DNA of 64,000 nt. Source: Deferribacterales bacterium. Lineage in GTDB: Bacteria > Chrysiogenota > Deferribacteres > Deferribacterales > Geovibrionaceae. The stretch's first letter is position 1. Each line of letters opens with the position of its first letter. Position numbers and translations under genes: made by a program. Positions 34,101 through 45,923 of the stretch are shown piece by piece. The notes below the pieces were generated by a model. It was not told the origin of the DNA and did no database searches. It worked only from the letters and a program-made list of their open reading frames with translations. The stretch lies in the NCBI GenBank assembly GCA_050253075.1, contig JBFWJS010000002.1, forward strand, positions 512,001 to 576,000, written 5' to 3'.

Positions 34101-35256
34101 TGTAGTAGAGGAACGGTTTGAAAAGCTCAAGAGCCATTATCTTAGGGATACCACACTGGTTCATGTTCAGCGTAGGACCAGCAACGATAACGGAACGTCC
34201 TGAGTAGTCAACCCTTTTACCAAGAAGGTTCTGACGGAAACGACCCTGCTTACCCTTGATCATGTCTGAAAGGGATTTAAGAGGACGCTTGTTAGAGCTT
34301 CTGATAACTCTTCCGCGGCGACCGTTATCAAACAGAGCATCTACCGCTTCCTGAAGCATACGCTTCTCGTTTCTGATGATGATCTCAGGTGCGTTAAGCT
34401 CCATAAGTTTCTTCAGACGGTTGTTTCTGTTGATAACCCTTCTGTAAAGGTCGTTAAGGTCGGATGTCGCAAAACGTCCGCCGTCGAGAGGAACAAGTGG
34501 ACGAAGCTCCGGCGGAATAACCGGAAGAACGTCGAGGATCATCCACTCAGGCTTGTTGCCGGACTTTCTGAAAGCCTCTACGACTCTCAGACGTTTAGCC
34601 AGCTTCAGCTTTTTCTGCATGGATGTTGTATCGCGGAGTTCCTCTTTCAGCTCTATGAGGAGAAGGTCAAGGTCAACCTTTTTCAGGAGATCCTTGATAG
34701 CCTCAGCACCAATCTTCGCTTCGAAAGACCCTACGCCGAGCTCCTCGATGAGCTTTCTGTATCTGTCCTCTGTAAGGAGCTCGCGCTCTTTCAGAGGTGT
34801 GTTTTTAGGATCAGTCACAATGTATGACTCGAAATAGATGATTCTCTCGATATCTTTGATAGAGAGGTCAAGTATAGAGCCGATACGGCTTGGTGTTCCC
34901 TTGAAGAACCAGATGTGACAAACAGGAGAAGCAAGGTCGATGTGACCCATTCTCTCACGTCTGACTTTAGACTGAATAACCTCAACACCACACTTCTCAC
35001 ATACGATGCCTCTGTGCTTCATACGTTTGTATTTACCGCAGAGACACTCCCAGTCCTTTACAGGTCCGAATATCTTCGCACAGAAGAGACCGTCCCTTTC
35101 AGGTTTGAAAGTACGATAGTTGATAGTTTCAGGTTTTGTCACTTCACCGGAAGACCATGAAAGGATCTTTTCAGGGGAAGCTATCTTGATGCGTATAGCA
35201 TCAAAGAACTGTGATTTTTCGCTATTATTATCTAAGGTACTCATTCTATTTTCCAT
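31162..35256 (-). CDS. rpoC: RNA polymerase beta' subunit
   Basis: [34 protein letters not shown]; start may be 35244. Confidence 0.99.
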   Translation of the reverse strand: MENRMSTLDNNSEKSQFFDAIRIKIASPEKILSWSSGEVTKPETINYRTFKPERDGLFCAKIFGPVKDWECLCGKYKRMKHRGIVCEKCGVEVIQSKVRRERMGHIDLASPVCHIWFFKGTPSRIGSILDLSIKDIERIIYFESYIVTDPKNTPLKERELLTEDRYRKLIEELGVGSFEAKIGAEAIKDLLKKVDLDLLLIELKEELRDTTSMQKKLKLAKRLRVVEAFRKSGNKPEWMILDVLPVIPPELRPLVPLDGGRFATSDLNDLYRRVINRNNRLKKLMELNAPEIIIRNEKRMLQEAVDALFDNGRRGRVIRSSNKRPLKSLSDMIKGKQGRFRQNLLGKRVDYSGRSVIVAGPTLNMNQCGIPKIMALELFKPFLYYKLEKERGIASTIKQAKKMVEEQRPEVWDVLEEVIREHPVMLNRAPTLHRLGIQAFEPVLIEGKAIRLHPLVCPAFNADFDGDQMAVHVPLSYEAQLEARTLMLASYNILSPAHGKPLAVPTQDMVLGIYYLTREMRNAKGAGKTFSSTNEVMIALDHGKVDMHAEIKVRINGQYYDTIPGRIILYSIVPEGIEFDVVNKLFGKKDLVTLVDTVYKRLGNFHTVNFLDALKNLGFKWAANAGFSICIDDLIIPEEKQDLIDQANAKVREIDEHYREGALTSGERYNQIIDTWSTTNDIITDKLMKTIQSIGGDKSKENKRERFYNPIHVMAHSGARGSKAQISQLAGMRGLMAKPSGEIIETPIVSNFREGLTVLQYFNSTHGARKGLADTALKTANSGYLTRRLVDVSQDVIISVDDCETIKGIEITALMEGSEVVESLGERIYGRYTLEDIYDSVTDELIVEGNSLITGDIVKKIERAGIDRVKVRSVLTCEAKHGVCRSCYGLDLATRREVETGEAVGIIAAQSIGEPGTQLTMRTFHIGGAASSSAEQSSLNAKIGGRIAVEEMKIVENRYNEPIVLNRNGVLKIMDPDGRVLEKYNISYGTKLHVKEGDNVKQGELIAEWDPYAAVIMTEFKGRVAFGDIVEGETLKEDIDAITGLSQKVVIANTRGKKQPRISIKDENNKTIQRYILPVGANIMVEENDEVMPGDIVAKIPRDTQKTKDITVGLPRVAELFEARKPKDPAVIAEIDGIVSIENTARGLRKLTITNEETNVKKSYNISVQRYINVHEGDRVRAGEALIDGLVNPHDILAVLGEEALERYLVDEIQEVYRKQGVHINDKHIEVITRQMLKKVIIEDAGDSNFMPNEEVYKSEFVKVYQETLNKGLRPPQARAILQGITKAALNTQSFISAASFQETTRVLTDAACSGKLDELRGLKENVTMGKLIPAGTGAKHICNTKYNFIKAAKAEEAAGEAEA

Positions 35257-38200
35257 TATGAGTCCTCCATATTATCATCGTCATCATCTTTGTTAAGCTC
35301 ATCTTCAGGAAGCTCAAGAACACCGTCTGCATTAGTAGAGAGCAGTTCCATGTCGAGAGCAAGACCCTGAAGCTCTTTGATAAGAACGTTGAATGACTCA
35401 GGCATGCTAGGAGTGAAGCTGAAGTTACCGTTAACGATAGCCTCGTAAACTGTTGTACGTCCTTCAACGTCGTCGGACTTAACAGTAAGCATCTCCTGAA
35501 GTACGTTAGCCGCACCGTATGCCTCGAGTGCCCAAACCTCCATCTCTCCGAGACGCTGACCACCGAACTGTGCTTTACCACCGAGCGGCTGCTGTGTAAC
35601 GAGAGAGTATGGTCCGGTCGAACGAGCGTGCAGCTTAGTATCGACAAGGTGGTGAAGTTTCAGGATGTACATGACACCGACTGTAACTTCCTGCTCGAAG
35701 CGCTCGCCTGTACGTCCGTCGTAAAGGATCGTCTGGCCGTCTTCCTGGAATCCTGCATCAACGAGAAGCTCTTTGATGTCGGATTCGCGTGCACCGTCGA
35801 ATACTTCAGTAGCGAATTTCTGACCGAGTTTACGGCCTGCCCATCCGAGGTGAACTTCGAGAACCTGTCCAACGTTCATACGTGATGGAACCGCAAGCGG
35901 GTTCATAACCACATCGACCGGTGTACCGTCAGGGAGGTAAGGCATGTCTTCCTGAGGAAGAATTCTGGAAACAACACCCTTGTTACCGTGACGTCCCGCC
36001 ATTTTGTCACCGACGGAGAGCTTACGCTTGATAGCTACATATACTTTTACGGATTTAAGAACACCGGCCGGGAGCTCGTCGCCCTTCTCAACCTTTTTCT
36101 TCTTATCTTTGTAATAGTCTTCGGCTGCCTGTACTTTTTCAAAGTAGCTTCCGTTGACTTTCTGTATATGAGCTTCAAATTCGCTCTGTTCGTCTATTTC
36201 TATCTGGATAAGGTCTGTGTAAAGGAGGTCTTTAAGAACTTCCTCTGTGATAACAGTCCCCTTACCGAATTTTACTTCGTTGTTTGAGTATTCAGCTTTC
36301 AGCTTCTTACCGATGAGGAAGGAGCCGATCATGTCGTTTCTGGACTTTTCGAGTGCTTTGAGCTCTCTTTCGTAGTCCTTCTGGATAGCTGCATACTCAG
36401 CTTTTTCGATCATCTCTGTTCTGGAGTCTTTTTCGATACCGCGTCTTGTCATTACCTGTACGTCTACGACAGTACCAGTGATGCTAGGCGGAACTCTGAG
36501 AGATGCATCTTTAACATCGCCGGCCTTCTCGCCGAAGATAGCTCTGAGGAGTTTCTCTTCAGGTGTGGCCTGTGTCTCACCCTTAGGTGTGACTTTACCT
36601 ACGAGGATGTCTCTAGGCTTGACCCTTGCACCGATGCGGATGATACCTGATTCGTCGAGGTCTTTAAGAGCCTCATCGGAAACGTTAGGTATATCTGCTG
36701 TGATCTCTTCAGGTCCGAGCTTAGTATCTCTTGCCTCTATCTCGAACTCTTCGATGTGGATAGATGTGTATCTGTCCTCACGAACAACGTTCTCAGATAT
36801 AAGGATGGAGTCCTCGTAGTTGTAACCCATCCAAGGCATGAATGCGAGAACCATGTTCTGGCCGAGGGCGAGCTCACCGTTATCGGTGGCAGGTCCGCCT
36901 GCGAGCATGGATCCTTTAACAACTTTTTCGCCCGGTTTAACGATAGGCTTATAGTTGATGCATGTGTCCTGGTTGGATCTTCTGTATTTTACAAGATCGT
37001 ATACGTCGATACCGAATTCGTCACCGTCCTGGTATCTGACTGCGATCTTAGCAGAGTCGATATATTCGATAACTCCCGGTCTCTTGGCTGTGATAACAGC
37101 ACCGGAGTCGACAGCTACCTTGCCCTCCATACCTGTACCTACGATAGGAGAGTCTGTACGAACGAGCGGAACAGCCTGACGCTGCATGTTCGATCCCATG
37201 AGCGCACGGTTCGCGTCGTCATGCTCAAGGAATGGGATGAGCGCAGCAGAAACAGAAACCATCTGCTTAGGAGAAATGTCCATAAGAGTAATAGTCTCTT
37301 TCTCTGTCTGAATAGGCTCACCTTCGTGTCTTGCAGCTACGAAATCTCTGATGAATGTGCCGTCAGGGTTAAGAGGTGCGTTCGCCTGAGCGATGTAGTA
37401 ATCCTCTTCCTCGATAGCAGACATATAGACAACTTCGTCTGTTACTCTTCCGTCTTCTACCTTTCTGTACGGCGTCTCGATGAAACCGTACTCATTCACT
37501 TTCGCGAATGTTGTAAGAGATGTGATAAGACCGATGTTTGGTCCTTCAGGTGTCTCAATAGGGCAGATACGTCCGTAGTGGGATGTATGTACGTCTCGAA
37601 CTTCGAAGCCGGCTCTGTCACGGTTAAGACCGCCAGGTCCGAGAGCAGAAAGCCTTCTCTTGTGAGTGATCTCACTGAGCGGGTTAGTCTGGTCCATGAA
37701 CTGGGAGAGCTGATAGCTTCCGAAGAATTCTTTGATAGATGCAGACAGAGGCTTAGCATTGAGAAGATCCTGCGGTGTGAGGTCCTCTACGTCCTGAATG
37801 CTCATACGCTCTTTAACAGTCTTTTCCATTCTGGAGAGACCGATGCGGATGTGGTTCTGGAGCTGTTCGCCTGCTGCTCTTACCCTTCTGTGGCCAAGGT
37901 GGTCTATGTCGTCCACTCTGTCGAGTCCTTTACGGATATTCTCAAGAACACGTACAGTCTCAACAATGTCCTCTTTTGTAAGGGTAGTCGTGTCGAGGTC
38001 TACTTCGAGACCAAGACGTTTGTTTATTTTAAGACGACCAACTTTAGAGAGGTCGTATCTTTTCGGGTTAAAGAAAAGGTTGTCGAAGAGAGTCTTAGCT
38101 GTCTCCTCTGTGGCAGGTTCACCAGGACGAAGTTTCTTATAGATATCTATGAGGGCTTCTTCCTGAGTTTTAACCTTGTCAACAGCGAGGATGTCTCTCA

Positions 38201-39254
38201 TTACTGAGTCAGATGTAAGTCTGTCGATGAAAAGAACCTTGAATTCTTTGATTCTGTTCTCGTGAAGTCTTTCGATCATCTCTTCGCTCATAGCCGTGTT
38301 TGCTTCGATGACTACTTCACCGTCGGCAGAAACAACATCTTCAGCGAAGAATGTGTGCTCGATGTCCTCAAGAGTAACTGGGATCTTTTCGATCTCGGCT
38401 TTCACCATTCTCTTTCTGGCAGCCTTTGTTATCTTGTGGTTAGCCTTAACGACAACATTTCCTTCTTTATCGAGGATATCAAGGCTGTTGCGGAGGCCGA
38501 GGACTATGTCCTCATTAAAGTTTTTGAAAAGAGTGTCACGATCGCCGAAAGTGACTGTCTCTTTGGTATAGTAAGTATCGAGGATATCCTGCTCTGAATA
38601 ACCGAGAGCTTTAAGCAGAACAGTTACCGGGATCTTACGCTTTTTATCGATCCTTACATACATTATGTTTTTAGAATCGAAGTCGAAATCTATCCATGAA
38701 CCCCTGTAAGGGATTATTCTCGCACTGAAGAGGTGTTTTTCCATTACACCTTTGGATGCAGTGAGGTCTTCGAAGAAGATACCTGGAGAACGGTGGAGCT
38801 GACTTACGATAACTCTTTCAACACCGTTGATTACAAATGTTCCTCTGTCTGTCATCATAGGTATATCGCAGAGATAAACCTCTGATTCCTTGGCAGAGAC
38901 AACCATCTTCTCGCCTGTTTCCTCATTTACGTCGTGTGTTACCAGCCTGACCTTTATCTTTAGCGGCGCAGCAAATGTTGTGCTGCGGTCGATGGCCTCA
39001 CCGGGAGTATACTTATATTTTTCAATACTATAGCTTATATACTCCAATACCGCAGTTTCATTAAAGTCGGTAATTGGGAAAATTTCACGGAACACTTCCT
39101 CCAGTCCTTTAACGGCTCTGTCTTCGATAGACACGCCTGACTGAAGAAAATCAACATAAGAATCTCTTTGAACCTCTATGAGGTCTGGAATATCAATAAC
39201 CTTCTGAATTCTAGAAAAGTTACGTCTCTCGGTGGGTTTGCTGGTCAAATTCAT
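35256..39254 (-). CDS. rpoB: RNA polymerase beta subunit
   Basis: [40 protein letters not shown]; start placed at MNLTSK. Confidence 0.99.
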   Translation of the reverse strand: MNLTSKPTERRNFSRIQKVIDIPDLIEVQRDSYVDFLQSGVSIEDRAVKGLEEVFREIFPITDFNETAVLEYISYSIEKYKYTPGEAIDRSTTFAAPLKIKVRLVTHDVNEETGEKMVVSAKESEVYLCDIPMMTDRGTFVINGVERVIVSQLHRSPGIFFEDLTASKGVMEKHLFSARIIPYRGSWIDFDFDSKNIMYVRIDKKRKIPVTVLLKALGYSEQDILDTYYTKETVTFGDRDTLFKNFNEDIVLGLRNSLDILDKEGNVVVKANHKITKAARKRMVKAEIEKIPVTLEDIEHTFFAEDVVSADGEVVIEANTAMSEEMIERLHENRIKEFKVLFIDRLTSDSVMRDILAVDKVKTQEEALIDIYKKLRPGEPATEETAKTLFDNLFFNPKRYDLSKVGRLKINKRLGLEVDLDTTTLTKEDIVETVRVLENIRKGLDRVDDIDHLGHRRVRAAGEQLQNHIRIGLSRMEKTVKERMSIQDVEDLTPQDLLNAKPLSASIKEFFGSYQLSQFMDQTNPLSEITHKRRLSALGPGGLNRDRAGFEVRDVHTSHYGRICPIETPEGPNIGLITSLTTFAKVNEYGFIETPYRKVEDGRVTDEVVYMSAIEEEDYYIAQANAPLNPDGTFIRDFVAARHEGEPIQTEKETITLMDISPKQMVSVSAALIPFLEHDDANRALMGSNMQRQAVPLVRTDSPIVGTGMEGKVAVDSGAVITAKRPGVIEYIDSAKIAVRYQDGDEFGIDVYDLVKYRRSNQDTCINYKPIVKPGEKVVKGSMLAGGPATDNGELALGQNMVLAFMPWMGYNYEDSILISENVVREDRYTSIHIEEFEIEARDTKLGPEEITADIPNVSDEALKDLDESGIIRIGARVKPRDILVGKVTPKGETQATPEEKLLRAIFGEKAGDVKDASLRVPPSITGTVVDVQVMTRRGIEKDSRTEMIEKAEYAAIQKDYERELKALEKSRNDMIGSFLIGKKLKAEYSNNEVKFGKGTVITEEVLKDLLYTDLIQIEIDEQSEFEAHIQKVNGSYFEKVQAAEDYYKDKKKKVEKGDELPAGVLKSVKVYVAIKRKLSVGDKMAGRHGNKGVVSRILPQEDMPYLPDGTPVDVVMNPLAVPSRMNVGQVLEVHLGWAGRKLGQKFATEVFDGARESDIKELLVDAGFQEDGQTILYDGRTGERFEQEVTVGVMYILKLHHLVDTKLHARSTGPYSLVTQQPLGGKAQFGGQRLGEMEVWALEAYGAANVLQEMLTVKSDDVEGRTTVYEAIVNGNFSFTPSMPESFNVLIKELQGLALDMELLSTNADGVLELPEDELNKDDDDDNMEDS

Positions 39255-39279
39255 TCGTTTCACCTTCCGGTAATTTTTA

Positions 39280-39309
39280 AACGAAAGACGGGGGAGCGCT
39301 GGCTCCCCC
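39280..39309 (-). terminator. Attenuator-like hairpin between rplL and rpoB
   Basis: gggggagc-cagc-gctccccc followed by gtctttcgttt on the minus strand. Confidence 0.55.
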
Positions 39310-39346
39310 ATACTATTAATGCTTTAATATCAGTAGTTTACTGAAA

Positions 39347-39727
39347 TTACTTAATTGTTACGCTTGCGCCGGCTTCTTCAACTTTAGCTTTGATGTCTTC
39401 AGCTTCAGCTTTAGAGATGCCTTCTTTGATAGGAGCAGGAGCGCCGTCTACAAGAGCTTTTGCTTCTTTAAGTCCGAGACCTGTGATCTCTCTTACAACT
39501 TTGATAACGCCTACTTTTTTGTCGCCTGCAGCAGTAAGTTCAACAGTGAACTCTGTCTGCTCTTCAGCTGCAGCAGTTTCGCCGCCAGCAGCAGGACCAG
39601 CCATCATAGCAACTGGAGCAGCTGGAGATACGCCGAACTTGTCTTCAAGTTCTTTTACGAGCTCAGCAAGCTCGATTACAGTCATATTTTCGATAAATTC
39701 AATTACTTGTTCTTTAGTTACTGACAT
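39347..39727 (-). CDS. rplL: 50S ribosomal protein L7/L12
   Basis: [26 protein letters not shown]. Confidence 0.98.
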   Translation of the reverse strand: MSVTKEQVIEFIENMTVIELAELVKELEDKFGVSPAAPVAMMAGPAAGGETAAAEEQTEFTVELTAAGDKKVGVIKVVREITGLGLKEAKALVDGAPAPIKEGISKAEAEDIKAKVEEAGASVTIK

Positions 39728-39741
39728 TTTGTCTCTCCTGA

Positions 39742-40260
39742 TTAGTTATCTTTTTTATCTTTCACAGCGGTCAACACGTTAAGCAGACTTCTTGGTATGT
39801 TCGCAAGAAGAGAAACGAAGTTGGACACAGGAGCGTTCATGCTGCCCAGCATTTTTGCAAGCAGCTCTTCGCGGCTTGGCAGATCTGCCAGAACATTTAC
39901 ATCGTTTGCTGTGAGCGCGTTTCCATCGAGGAAACCCGCTTTGATTTGAAACTTATCAAAGTCTTTAGCGTACTTTTTGATAACTTTAGCGACAGCGGCA
40001 ACGTCGCCAGTTACGATAGCACATGCTGTAGGCTCTACGAGGTATGAATCCATAGAGCTTATTTCGTTGTTATTAAGAGCAATTTTCAATAGCGTGTTCT
40101 TGACTACTTTGAAATCGCTTCCACTTTCTTTGATCTTTGTACGTATAGCAGTCTGCTGTACGTATGTAAGACCTTTGTAGTTTGTCAAAAACAGCGCATC
40201 TGACTCTTTTATTTGAGCGGTTAAGTCCGCTACAAGTTGTTGTTTATCAGCTTTTTTCAC
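39742..40260 (-). CDS. rplJ: 50S ribosomal protein L10
   Basis: [18 protein letters not shown] start with GGAGG RBS. Confidence 0.97.
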   Translation of the reverse strand: MKKADKQQLVADLTAQIKESDALFLTNYKGLTYVQQTAIRTKIKESGSDFKVVKNTLLKIALNNNEISSMDSYLVEPTACAIVTGDVAAVAKVIKKYAKDFDKFQIKAGFLDGNALTANDVNVLADLPSREELLAKMLGSMNAPVSNFVSLLANIPRSLLNVLTAVKDKKDN

Positions 40261-40269
40261 GCTGTTCCT

Positions 40270-40346
40270 CCGTTTCCGGTTGTATATCAACCGGTTTCCG
40301 CAGGGGTGTTTACACACATCCTAAGATGAGATACCTGCTTCTTTAA
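40270..40346 (-). ncRNA. L10 leader (autogenous regulatory RNA)
   Basis: Minus strand UAAAGAAGCAGG...UAAAC.CCCCUGCGGAA plus ACCGGUUG/CAACCGG hairpin, in the canonical rplA-rplJ position. Confidence 0.65.
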
Positions 40347-40366
40347 CCAGAATTAGTCTCTGTTTA

Positions 40367-41068
40367 TTACAGTTCGTTCACTAGTTTGTGGTGGTCAAGT
40401 TTGACCCTGGGGCCCATTGTTGCAGAAATATACATGCCCCTTACATAATGCCCTTTGGCACTTGCCGGCTTCAGCTTGACTAGTGTGTCAAGCAGCGCTT
40501 TGATGTTTTCCATCAGCTTGCCGTTCTCAAAAGATTTTTTGCCGACTACTGAGTGGATAATACCCATTTTGTCGACTCTGAATTCGATCATACCTGCTTT
40601 AAGCTCTTTAACAACTTTAGCAACATCTGCTGTTACTGTACCGACTTTGGGGTTAGGCATAAGACCGCGTGGTCCGAGCACCTTACCAAGTTTACCCACC
40701 TGAGCCATCATGTCAGGGGTTGCCACAACTTTGTCAAAGTCTGTCCAGCCGCCCTGGACCTTTTCGATAAGTTCGTCATCACCGACGTAATCTGCGCCGG
40801 CTTCCTGTGCGTCTTTCTGTTTCTCGCCTTTACAAAATACAAGAACCTTTACGTCGCGTCCTGTACCGTGGGGAAGACTAACTGAGCCACGAACCATCTG
40901 ATCAGCGTGCTTAGGGTTTACACCAAGCTTAATAGCTATATCGATAGTTTCGTCGAATTTTGCGAATGCGGCTTCCTTAGCGAGAGCGATAGCCTCTTCC
41001 AGGTCGTAAGATCTTTCAGCGTCGATCTTAGCAGAGGCAGCCTGGTACTGTTTTCCTCTTTTAGCCAT
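40367..41068 (-). CDS. rplA: 50S ribosomal protein L1
   Basis: [26 protein letters not shown]. Confidence 0.98.
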   Translation of the reverse strand: MAKRGKQYQAASAKIDAERSYDLEEAIALAKEAAFAKFDETIDIAIKLGVNPKHADQMVRGSVSLPHGTGRDVKVLVFCKGEKQKDAQEAGADYVGDDELIEKVQGGWTDFDKVVATPDMMAQVGKLGKVLGPRGLMPNPKVGTVTADVAKVVKELKAGMIEFRVDKMGIIHSVVGKKSFENGKLMENIKALLDTLVKLKPASAKGHYVRGMYISATMGPRVKLDHHKLVNEL

Positions 41069-41078
41069 GATTCACCTC

Positions 41079-41504
41079 TTATAAATCTGTTGTGATGCCC
41101 ATACTGCGGGCTGAGCCTGCAACGATTTTCATCGCCTGCTCTACATCGTTTGTGTTCAGGTCGGGGAGTTTGATCTCCGCGATCTTTTTCAGCTGATCGT
41201 TTGTCAGGTGTCCTGCGACAGCCTTACCGGGTGTCTGAGACGCTGACTGAATGTTCAGCTCCTTCTTGATCAGGTTAGACACGGGTGGAGTCTTAGTGAT
41301 GAAGCTAAAGCTTCTGTCTTCATACACTGTAATGATTACAGGGATGATGTTGTCACCGAGGCTCTGTGTCTCTGCGTTGAAGGCCTTGCAAAAATCCATG
41401 ATGTTGACACCACGCTGACCCAGCGCTGGACCAACAGGAGGAGAAGGGTTTGCCTTTCCTGCCGGAATCTGGAGTTTAAGCTGACCTGTGACTTTCTTGG
41501 CCAT
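41079..41504 (-). CDS. rplK: 50S ribosomal protein L11
   Basis: [23 protein letters not shown]. Confidence 0.98.
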   Translation of the reverse strand: MAKKVTGQLKLQIPAGKANPSPPVGPALGQRGVNIMDFCKAFNAETQSLGDNIIPVIITVYEDRSFSFITKTPPVSNLIKKELNIQSASQTPGKAVAGHLTNDQLKKIAEIKLPDLNTNDVEQAMKIVAGSARSMGITTDL

Positions 41505-41645
41505 TTATAAACCTCCGGTTTGTCTTAAACCTTAGTTTTTTCTATCAGAGCCGCAGCTCTGTAGTTCACATGCGCAAAAGGGCAAACCTGCACTAGCAAG
41601 TTTGCTCCCTTGTATACTTATCGTTCACCCGAAAGGGGTAGAACG

Positions 41646-42170
41646 TTATCCAACTCTTTTAACCTGCAGATAATCAAGCTCTACAGGAGTTTGTCTTCCG
41701 AAGATACTTACGATAACGCGTACCTTCTCTTTTTCAGGGTTAACCTCTTCAACAACACCTGTGAATCCGAGGAAAGGTCCGTCTATAACCTCAACAGTAT
41801 CACCGTCAACATATTTAGAGGCAATACGTGGAGATTCAGACTTGGCAAGGTCTATCATAGCCTTAACATCATGCTCCGGGATCGGAACAGGGTTGATGCC
41901 GCCGACAAAACCTGTAACCTTTGGTATGCTTTTTACGACATGCCAGTTAGTTGTGCTCATTTCCATGTGCACAAGGATATAGCCGGGGAAGGTCTTCTTC
42001 TTACTGACCTTCTTCTTACCCTTTTTAAGCTCTATGACGTCTTCGGTAGGGATGAGAACATCATCTATTTGATCTTCCAGCTTTTCATTCTTCACTTTTT
42101 CCTCAAGGAGCGTAACTACACGCTTCTCGAAGCCGGAATAAGTGTGAACCACATACCACTGTTTTGCCAT
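41646..42170 (-). CDS. nusG: Transcription termination/antitermination factor NusG
   Basis: WYVVHTYSGFE, FPGYILV, IFGRQTPVEL. Confidence 0.98.
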   Translation of the reverse strand: MAKQWYVVHTYSGFEKRVVTLLEEKVKNEKLEDQIDDVLIPTEDVIELKKGKKKVSKKKTFPGYILVHMEMSTTNWHVVKSIPKVTGFVGGINPVPIPEHDVKAMIDLAKSESPRIASKYVDGDTVEVIDGPFLGFTGVVEEVNPEKEKVRVIVSIFGRQTPVELDYLQVKRVG

Positions 42171-42180
42171 GTTTATCTAC

Positions 42181-42360
42181 CTAGTATATAAACTGAGTTA
42201 TCTTTGCGAGTCCGAAGTCAACTATACCCATGAACACAGCGCAGACAACGCATATAGCGATAACAACGCCTGTTGTTCCGATAGTAGATTCCTTAGTAGG
42301 CCATACTACTTTCTTGAGCTCATCTTTAACTTCATTATAAAACGCAGACCATTTGCCCAT
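42181..42360 (-). CDS. secE: Preprotein translocase SecE (not in ORF track)
   Basis: Manual translation MGKWSAFYNEVKDELKKVVWPTKESTIGTTGVVIAICVVCAVFMGIVDFGLAKITQFIY. Confidence 0.95.
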   Translation of the reverse strand: MGKWSAFYNEVKDELKKVVWPTKESTIGTTGVVIAICVVCAVFMGIVDFGLAKITQFIY

Positions 42361-42391
42361 ATTTAAAACTCGTTTTTTTAAAAGGATTTAA

Positions 42392-42467
42392 TGGCAGGCC
42401 AGAGAAGACTCGAACTTCCAACCCCCGGTTTTGGAGACCGGTGCTCTGCCAATTGAGCTACTAGCCT
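42392..42467 (-). tRNA. tRNA-Trp (CCA)
   Basis: Cloverleaf AGGCUAG...; anticodon loop CUCCAAA; GUUCGAG T-arm; encoded CCA. Confidence 0.97.
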
Positions 42468-42489
42468 GCAATCCTTTTGTATTCATTAA

Positions 42490-42515
42490 GCAGCGGCAGT
42501 TTTAGCTGCCGCTGC
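42490..42515. terminator. GC hairpin downstream of rpmG
   Basis: gcagcggcag-ttttag-ctgccgctgc perfect 10-bp stem. Confidence 0.55.
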
Positions 42516-42528
42516 AAACTTAACTAAA

Positions 42529-42678
42529 TTACTTAGTCTCTTTATGAAGAGTGTGCTTTCTGTCAGTACGACAGTATTTCATCAACTCCAGCTTACCAGT
42601 CATAGTTTTCTTATTCTTGGTAGTTGTGTAGTTTCTGTTTTTACACTCAGTACATGCGAGAATAACTTTATCTCTCAT
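42529..42678 (-). CDS. rpmG: 50S ribosomal protein L33 (not in ORF track)
   Basis: Manual translation [49 protein letters not shown]. Confidence 0.96.
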   Translation of the reverse strand: MRDKVILACTECKNRNYTTTKNKKTMTGKLELMKYCRTDRKHTLHKETK

Positions 42679-42682
42679 TATA

Positions 42683-43867
42683 TTACTCCGATATTTCTGT
42701 TACAACACCGGCGCCGACTGTTCTACCACCCTCACGGATAGCGAAACGAAGACCAGCATCCATTGCGATTGGAGTGATAAGCTCCACGTCACAAGATATG
42801 TTGTCACCAGGCATTACCATCTCTACTCCCTCTGGAAGTGCGATGATTCCTGTTACGTCTGTTGTTCTGAAGTAGAACTGTGGACGGTAACCTGTGAAGA
42901 ATGGGGTATGACGGCCGCCTTCCTCTTTTGTAAGGATGTAAGCTTCTGCCTTAAACTTCTTATGTGGTGTGATAGAACCTGGTTTAGCAAGAACTTGTCC
43001 ACGCTCAACATCGTCTTTCTTAATACCACGAAGAAGGATACCTACGTTGTCACCAGCCTCACCTTGGTCAAGAAGCTTACGGAACATTTCTACTCCGGTT
43101 ACTACTGTCTTAACTGTGTCTTTGATACCAACGATCTCGATCTCTTCACCAACCTTTACTATACCGCGCTCAATACGACCTGTTACTACTGTACCACGGC
43201 CGGAGATAGAGAACACGTCCTCGATTGGCATAATAAATGGTTTATCTATGTCACGCTCTGGCTCTGGGATGTAGTCATCAAGAGCTTGTACAAGCTCGAT
43301 GATCTTCTCTTCCCATGCTGCATCGCCTTCAAGGGCTTTAAGAGCGGAACCCTGGATGATTGGTGTATCATCACCGGGGAATTCGTAAGCAGACAGAAGG
43401 TCGCGGATCTCAAGCTCTACAAGCTCAAGAAGCTCTTCGTCGTCTACCATGTCGCATTTGTTCATGAATACTACGATTGTAGGCACTCCTACCTGACGTG
43501 CAAGAAGGATGTGCTCACGTGTCTGAGGCATTGGGCCGTCAGATGCGCTTACTACAAGTATAGCGCCGTCCATCTGCGCTGCACCTGTGATCATGTTCTT
43601 AACGTAGTCGGCGTGACCTGGACAGTCTACGTGTGCGTAGTGACGAATCTGGGACTCGTACTCTACGTGTGCTGTCGCAATAGTAATACCACGCTCGCGC
43701 TCCTCCGGAGCCTTGTCAATGTTAGCGAAGTCTACAGCCTGGCAGAAACCGCGTTTAGCAAGTACTGCTGTCATTGCTGCTGTAAGAGTTGTTTTACCGT
43801 GGTCAACGTGACCGATTGTACCCACGTTAACGTGAGGTTTCTTTCTCTCAAATTTTTCCTTAGCCAT
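42683..43867 (-). CDS. tuf: Elongation factor Tu (tRNA-operon copy)
   Basis: Protein identical to 26485-27669. Confidence 0.99.
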   Translation of the reverse strand: MAKEKFERKKPHVNVGTIGHVDHGKTTLTAAMTAVLAKRGFCQAVDFANIDKAPEERERGITIATAHVEYESQIRHYAHVDCPGHADYVKNMITGAAQMDGAILVVSASDGPMPQTREHILLARQVGVPTIVVFMNKCDMVDDEELLELVELEIRDLLSAYEFPGDDTPIIQGSALKALEGDAAWEEKIIELVQALDDYIPEPERDIDKPFIMPIEDVFSISGRGTVVTGRIERGIVKVGEEIEIVGIKDTVKTVVTGVEMFRKLLDQGEAGDNVGILLRGIKKDDVERGQVLAKPGSITPHKKFKAEAYILTKEEGGRHTPFFTGYRPQFYFRTTDVTGIIALPEGVEMVMPGDNISCDVELITPIAMDAGLRFAIREGGRTVGAGVVTEISE

Positions 43868-43891
43868 CTTGATCTATCCTCCTCAAGTTAA

Positions 43892-43965
<74 letters not shown>

Positions 43966-44034
43966 AATATAAAAAAAAACAGACGTAACGGTATCGTCCG
44001 TCCTGATTTTTTATAAAAACCACTTAAAAAAAAG

Positions 44035-44108
44035 AGCGGGTAACGGGACTCGAACCCGTGACCCTCAGCTTGGAAGGCTGATGCTCTAGCCAACTGAGCT
44101 ACACCCGC
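44035..44108 (-). tRNA. tRNA-Gly (TCC)
   Basis: GCGGGUG acceptor, loop CUUCCAA, GUUCGAG; CCA not encoded. Confidence 0.96.
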
Positions 44109-44117
44109 TTTAAAAAA

Positions 44118-44200
44118 TGGGGAGAGAAGGATTCGAACCTTCGAAGTCATACGACAACAGGTTTACAGCCTGCCCCCTTTGGCCACTTGGGTATCTCCCC
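44118..44200 (-). tRNA. tRNA-Tyr (GTA)
   Basis: GGGGAGA acceptor, loop CUGUAAA, long variable arm. Confidence 0.96.
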
Positions 44201-44269
44201 TTTACGTGCTCCGGCGTTAACCGGCCAGCCAGTCTAAAAACCCTGTGGGTTCTTAGCTTTAAAAAGAAA

Positions 44270-44342
44270 AGCTGGTGATAGGACTTGAACCTACAACCTA
44301 CTGATTACAAGTCAGTTGCTCTACCGTTTGAGCTACACCAGC
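44270..44342 (-). tRNA. tRNA-Thr (TGT)
   Basis: GCUGGUG acceptor, loop CUUGUAA, GUUCAAG. Confidence 0.96.
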
Positions 44343-44368
44343 CTGTGTCCGCATTGAAGCGGAGGCAA

Positions 44369-44397
44369 ATACTATAATCTAACGTAAAATATGTCAA
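44369..44397 (-). promoter_or_regulatory. Sigma70 promoter of the tRNA-tuf operon
   Basis: TTGACA-17 bp-TAGTAT followed by a GC-rich discriminator-like stretch. Confidence 0.75.
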
Positions 44398-44452
44398 GCA
44401 TTTTGTTAGATTTTTTTTTAAACTTTTTCAAGTTATGTCCGAAGGCTTGCTG

Positions 44453-45589
44453 CTAGCCCATTTTCCTGTAAAAACTGCTTATAACATCACAGACTTCTTC
44501 GATCTCTGCATCAGTTTTATATGCACACATCGGAAGGCTTACTACCTTTTCGGACATCTCTTCGCTGATAGGGAAATCGCCTTTTTTATAGCCGAGGTCG
44601 GCGAAGGCTTCCTGAAGGTGAAGAGGCATAGGATAATGTACGGCACACGGTACCTGATTATCCTGCATATATTTCATCAGTTTGTCTCTTTCCACCGCCT
44701 GAAGGGTAAACTGTGCCCAGACATGCACTGTGTCAGGCATTACATACGGAAGTACTATCTTGCCTGCGTCAGCGAGCGGTTTAAGGAGCTCCATGTATTT
44801 GTTTGCGGTATTATTACGCTTTCTTATCTCAAGGTTTACAAATCTGTCAAACTTAGCATTAAGCACAGCACACTGCATGCTGTCGAGGCGTCCGTTGATG
44901 CCTATTATCTTGTGCTTATATCTTTCATTCTGACCGTGGTTACGCAGCCAGTTGAGTTTTTCGTCCAGCCCGGCATCGCTTGTGAAAACCATACCGCCGT
45001 CGCCGTAGCATCCGAAAGGTTTCGCAGGGAAGAATGATGTAGTACCTATATCGCCGTGTGAGCCTGCCTTCACGCCTTTATACTCTGCGCCGAAAGACTG
45101 TGCAGCATCCTGAACGATGAAAAGGTTATAGTCTTTGATAACTTCACGTATAGCTTCGTAGTCTGCGCACTGACCGTAAAGGTCTACAGGTATGACGCCT
45201 TTTATCTTTTCAAGAGGCACATCTGTTGTCTCGAGGAGTTCTTTCAGCTTCTGAGGACATATATTATATGTCTTAGGGTCGATGTCTACGAAGAGTGGTT
45301 TTGCACCTACAAGGGCGATGCACTCTGCTGTTGCTATGAATGTGAAAGGAGTCGTGATGACATAGTCGCCGTGACCGACCTCATAAGCCATAAGAGCAAG
45401 GACAAGAGCGTCTGTTCCCGAGCTGCATGCCTTTGCGTATGAAGAACCGGTGAAGTCCGTACATTTCTTTTCGAGCTCTGCCACTTCAGGTCCGCCGATA
45501 TACATACCGTGTTCGAGAACCTGTGCTATTGCGTTATCTATCTCAGGTTTAAGTTCCTGATACTGTTGTTTGAGATTACAAAACTGCAT
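44453..45589 (-). CDS. DegT/DnrJ/EryC1/StrS family sugar aminotransferase (WbpE-like)
   Basis: SSGTDAL, VDLYGQ.AD, DAAQSFGA, SFFPAKPFGCYGDGG (PLP Lys). Confidence 0.93.
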   Translation of the reverse strand: MQFCNLKQQYQELKPEIDNAIAQVLEHGMYIGGPEVAELEKKCTDFTGSSYAKACSSGTDALVLALMAYEVGHGDYVITTPFTFIATAECIALVGAKPLFVDIDPKTYNICPQKLKELLETTDVPLEKIKGVIPVDLYGQCADYEAIREVIKDYNLFIVQDAAQSFGAEYKGVKAGSHGDIGTTSFFPAKPFGCYGDGGMVFTSDAGLDEKLNWLRNHGQNERYKHKIIGINGRLDSMQCAVLNAKFDRFVNLEIRKRNNTANKYMELLKPLADAGKIVLPYVMPDTVHVWAQFTLQAVERDKLMKYMQDNQVPCAVHYPMPLHLQEAFADLGYKKGDFPISEEMSEKVVSLPMCAYKTDAEIEEVCDVISSFYRKMG

Positions 45590-45675
45590 TTTCCATTCCT
45601 TCTCTGTTTAATTTAGTTAATGCATAAACGATTTATAGACAGCTTTGCGCTGTAATAGTTCAATCATCACAAAAT

Positions 45676-45736
45676 GTCATCCTGAACGCAGTAAAGGATC
45701 TACTATGAACAGATTCTTCGCTGTGCTCAGAATGAC
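45676..45736. repeat. GTCA...TGAC palindromic REP-like dimer (compact)
   Basis: gtcatcctgaacgcagtaaaggatct...agattcttcgctgtgctcagaatgac. Confidence 0.8.
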
Positions 45737-45759
45737 TGTTTAGGTACACTACTGATTAA

Positions 45760-45923
45760 GCACCTTTGTTAACCGTTGTGCTCCATACCCTTCGACCGAT
45801 TACCAAAGAAAATCCTTAGTCCTAAAGAATTTTCTCCCGCGCTACGCCGAACAAGTACGGCTGCGCTTTCGCTTCGCGGGGTACATCCTGCACCTTTGTT
45901 AACCGTTGTGCTCCATACCCTTC
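45760..45923 (-). repeat. GGA-hairpin repeat unit (45794-45889) flanked by 34-bp direct repeats
   Basis: gcacctttgttaaccgttgtgctccatacccttc at 45760-45793 and 45890-45923; the second copy contains the arsR stop codon. Confidence 0.9.

Noticed and set aside
35244..35270. Possible rpoB-rpoC fusion or frameshift
   Set aside because: rpoB ends with TAA overlapping the rpoC ATG (TAATG), which is ordinary translational coupling
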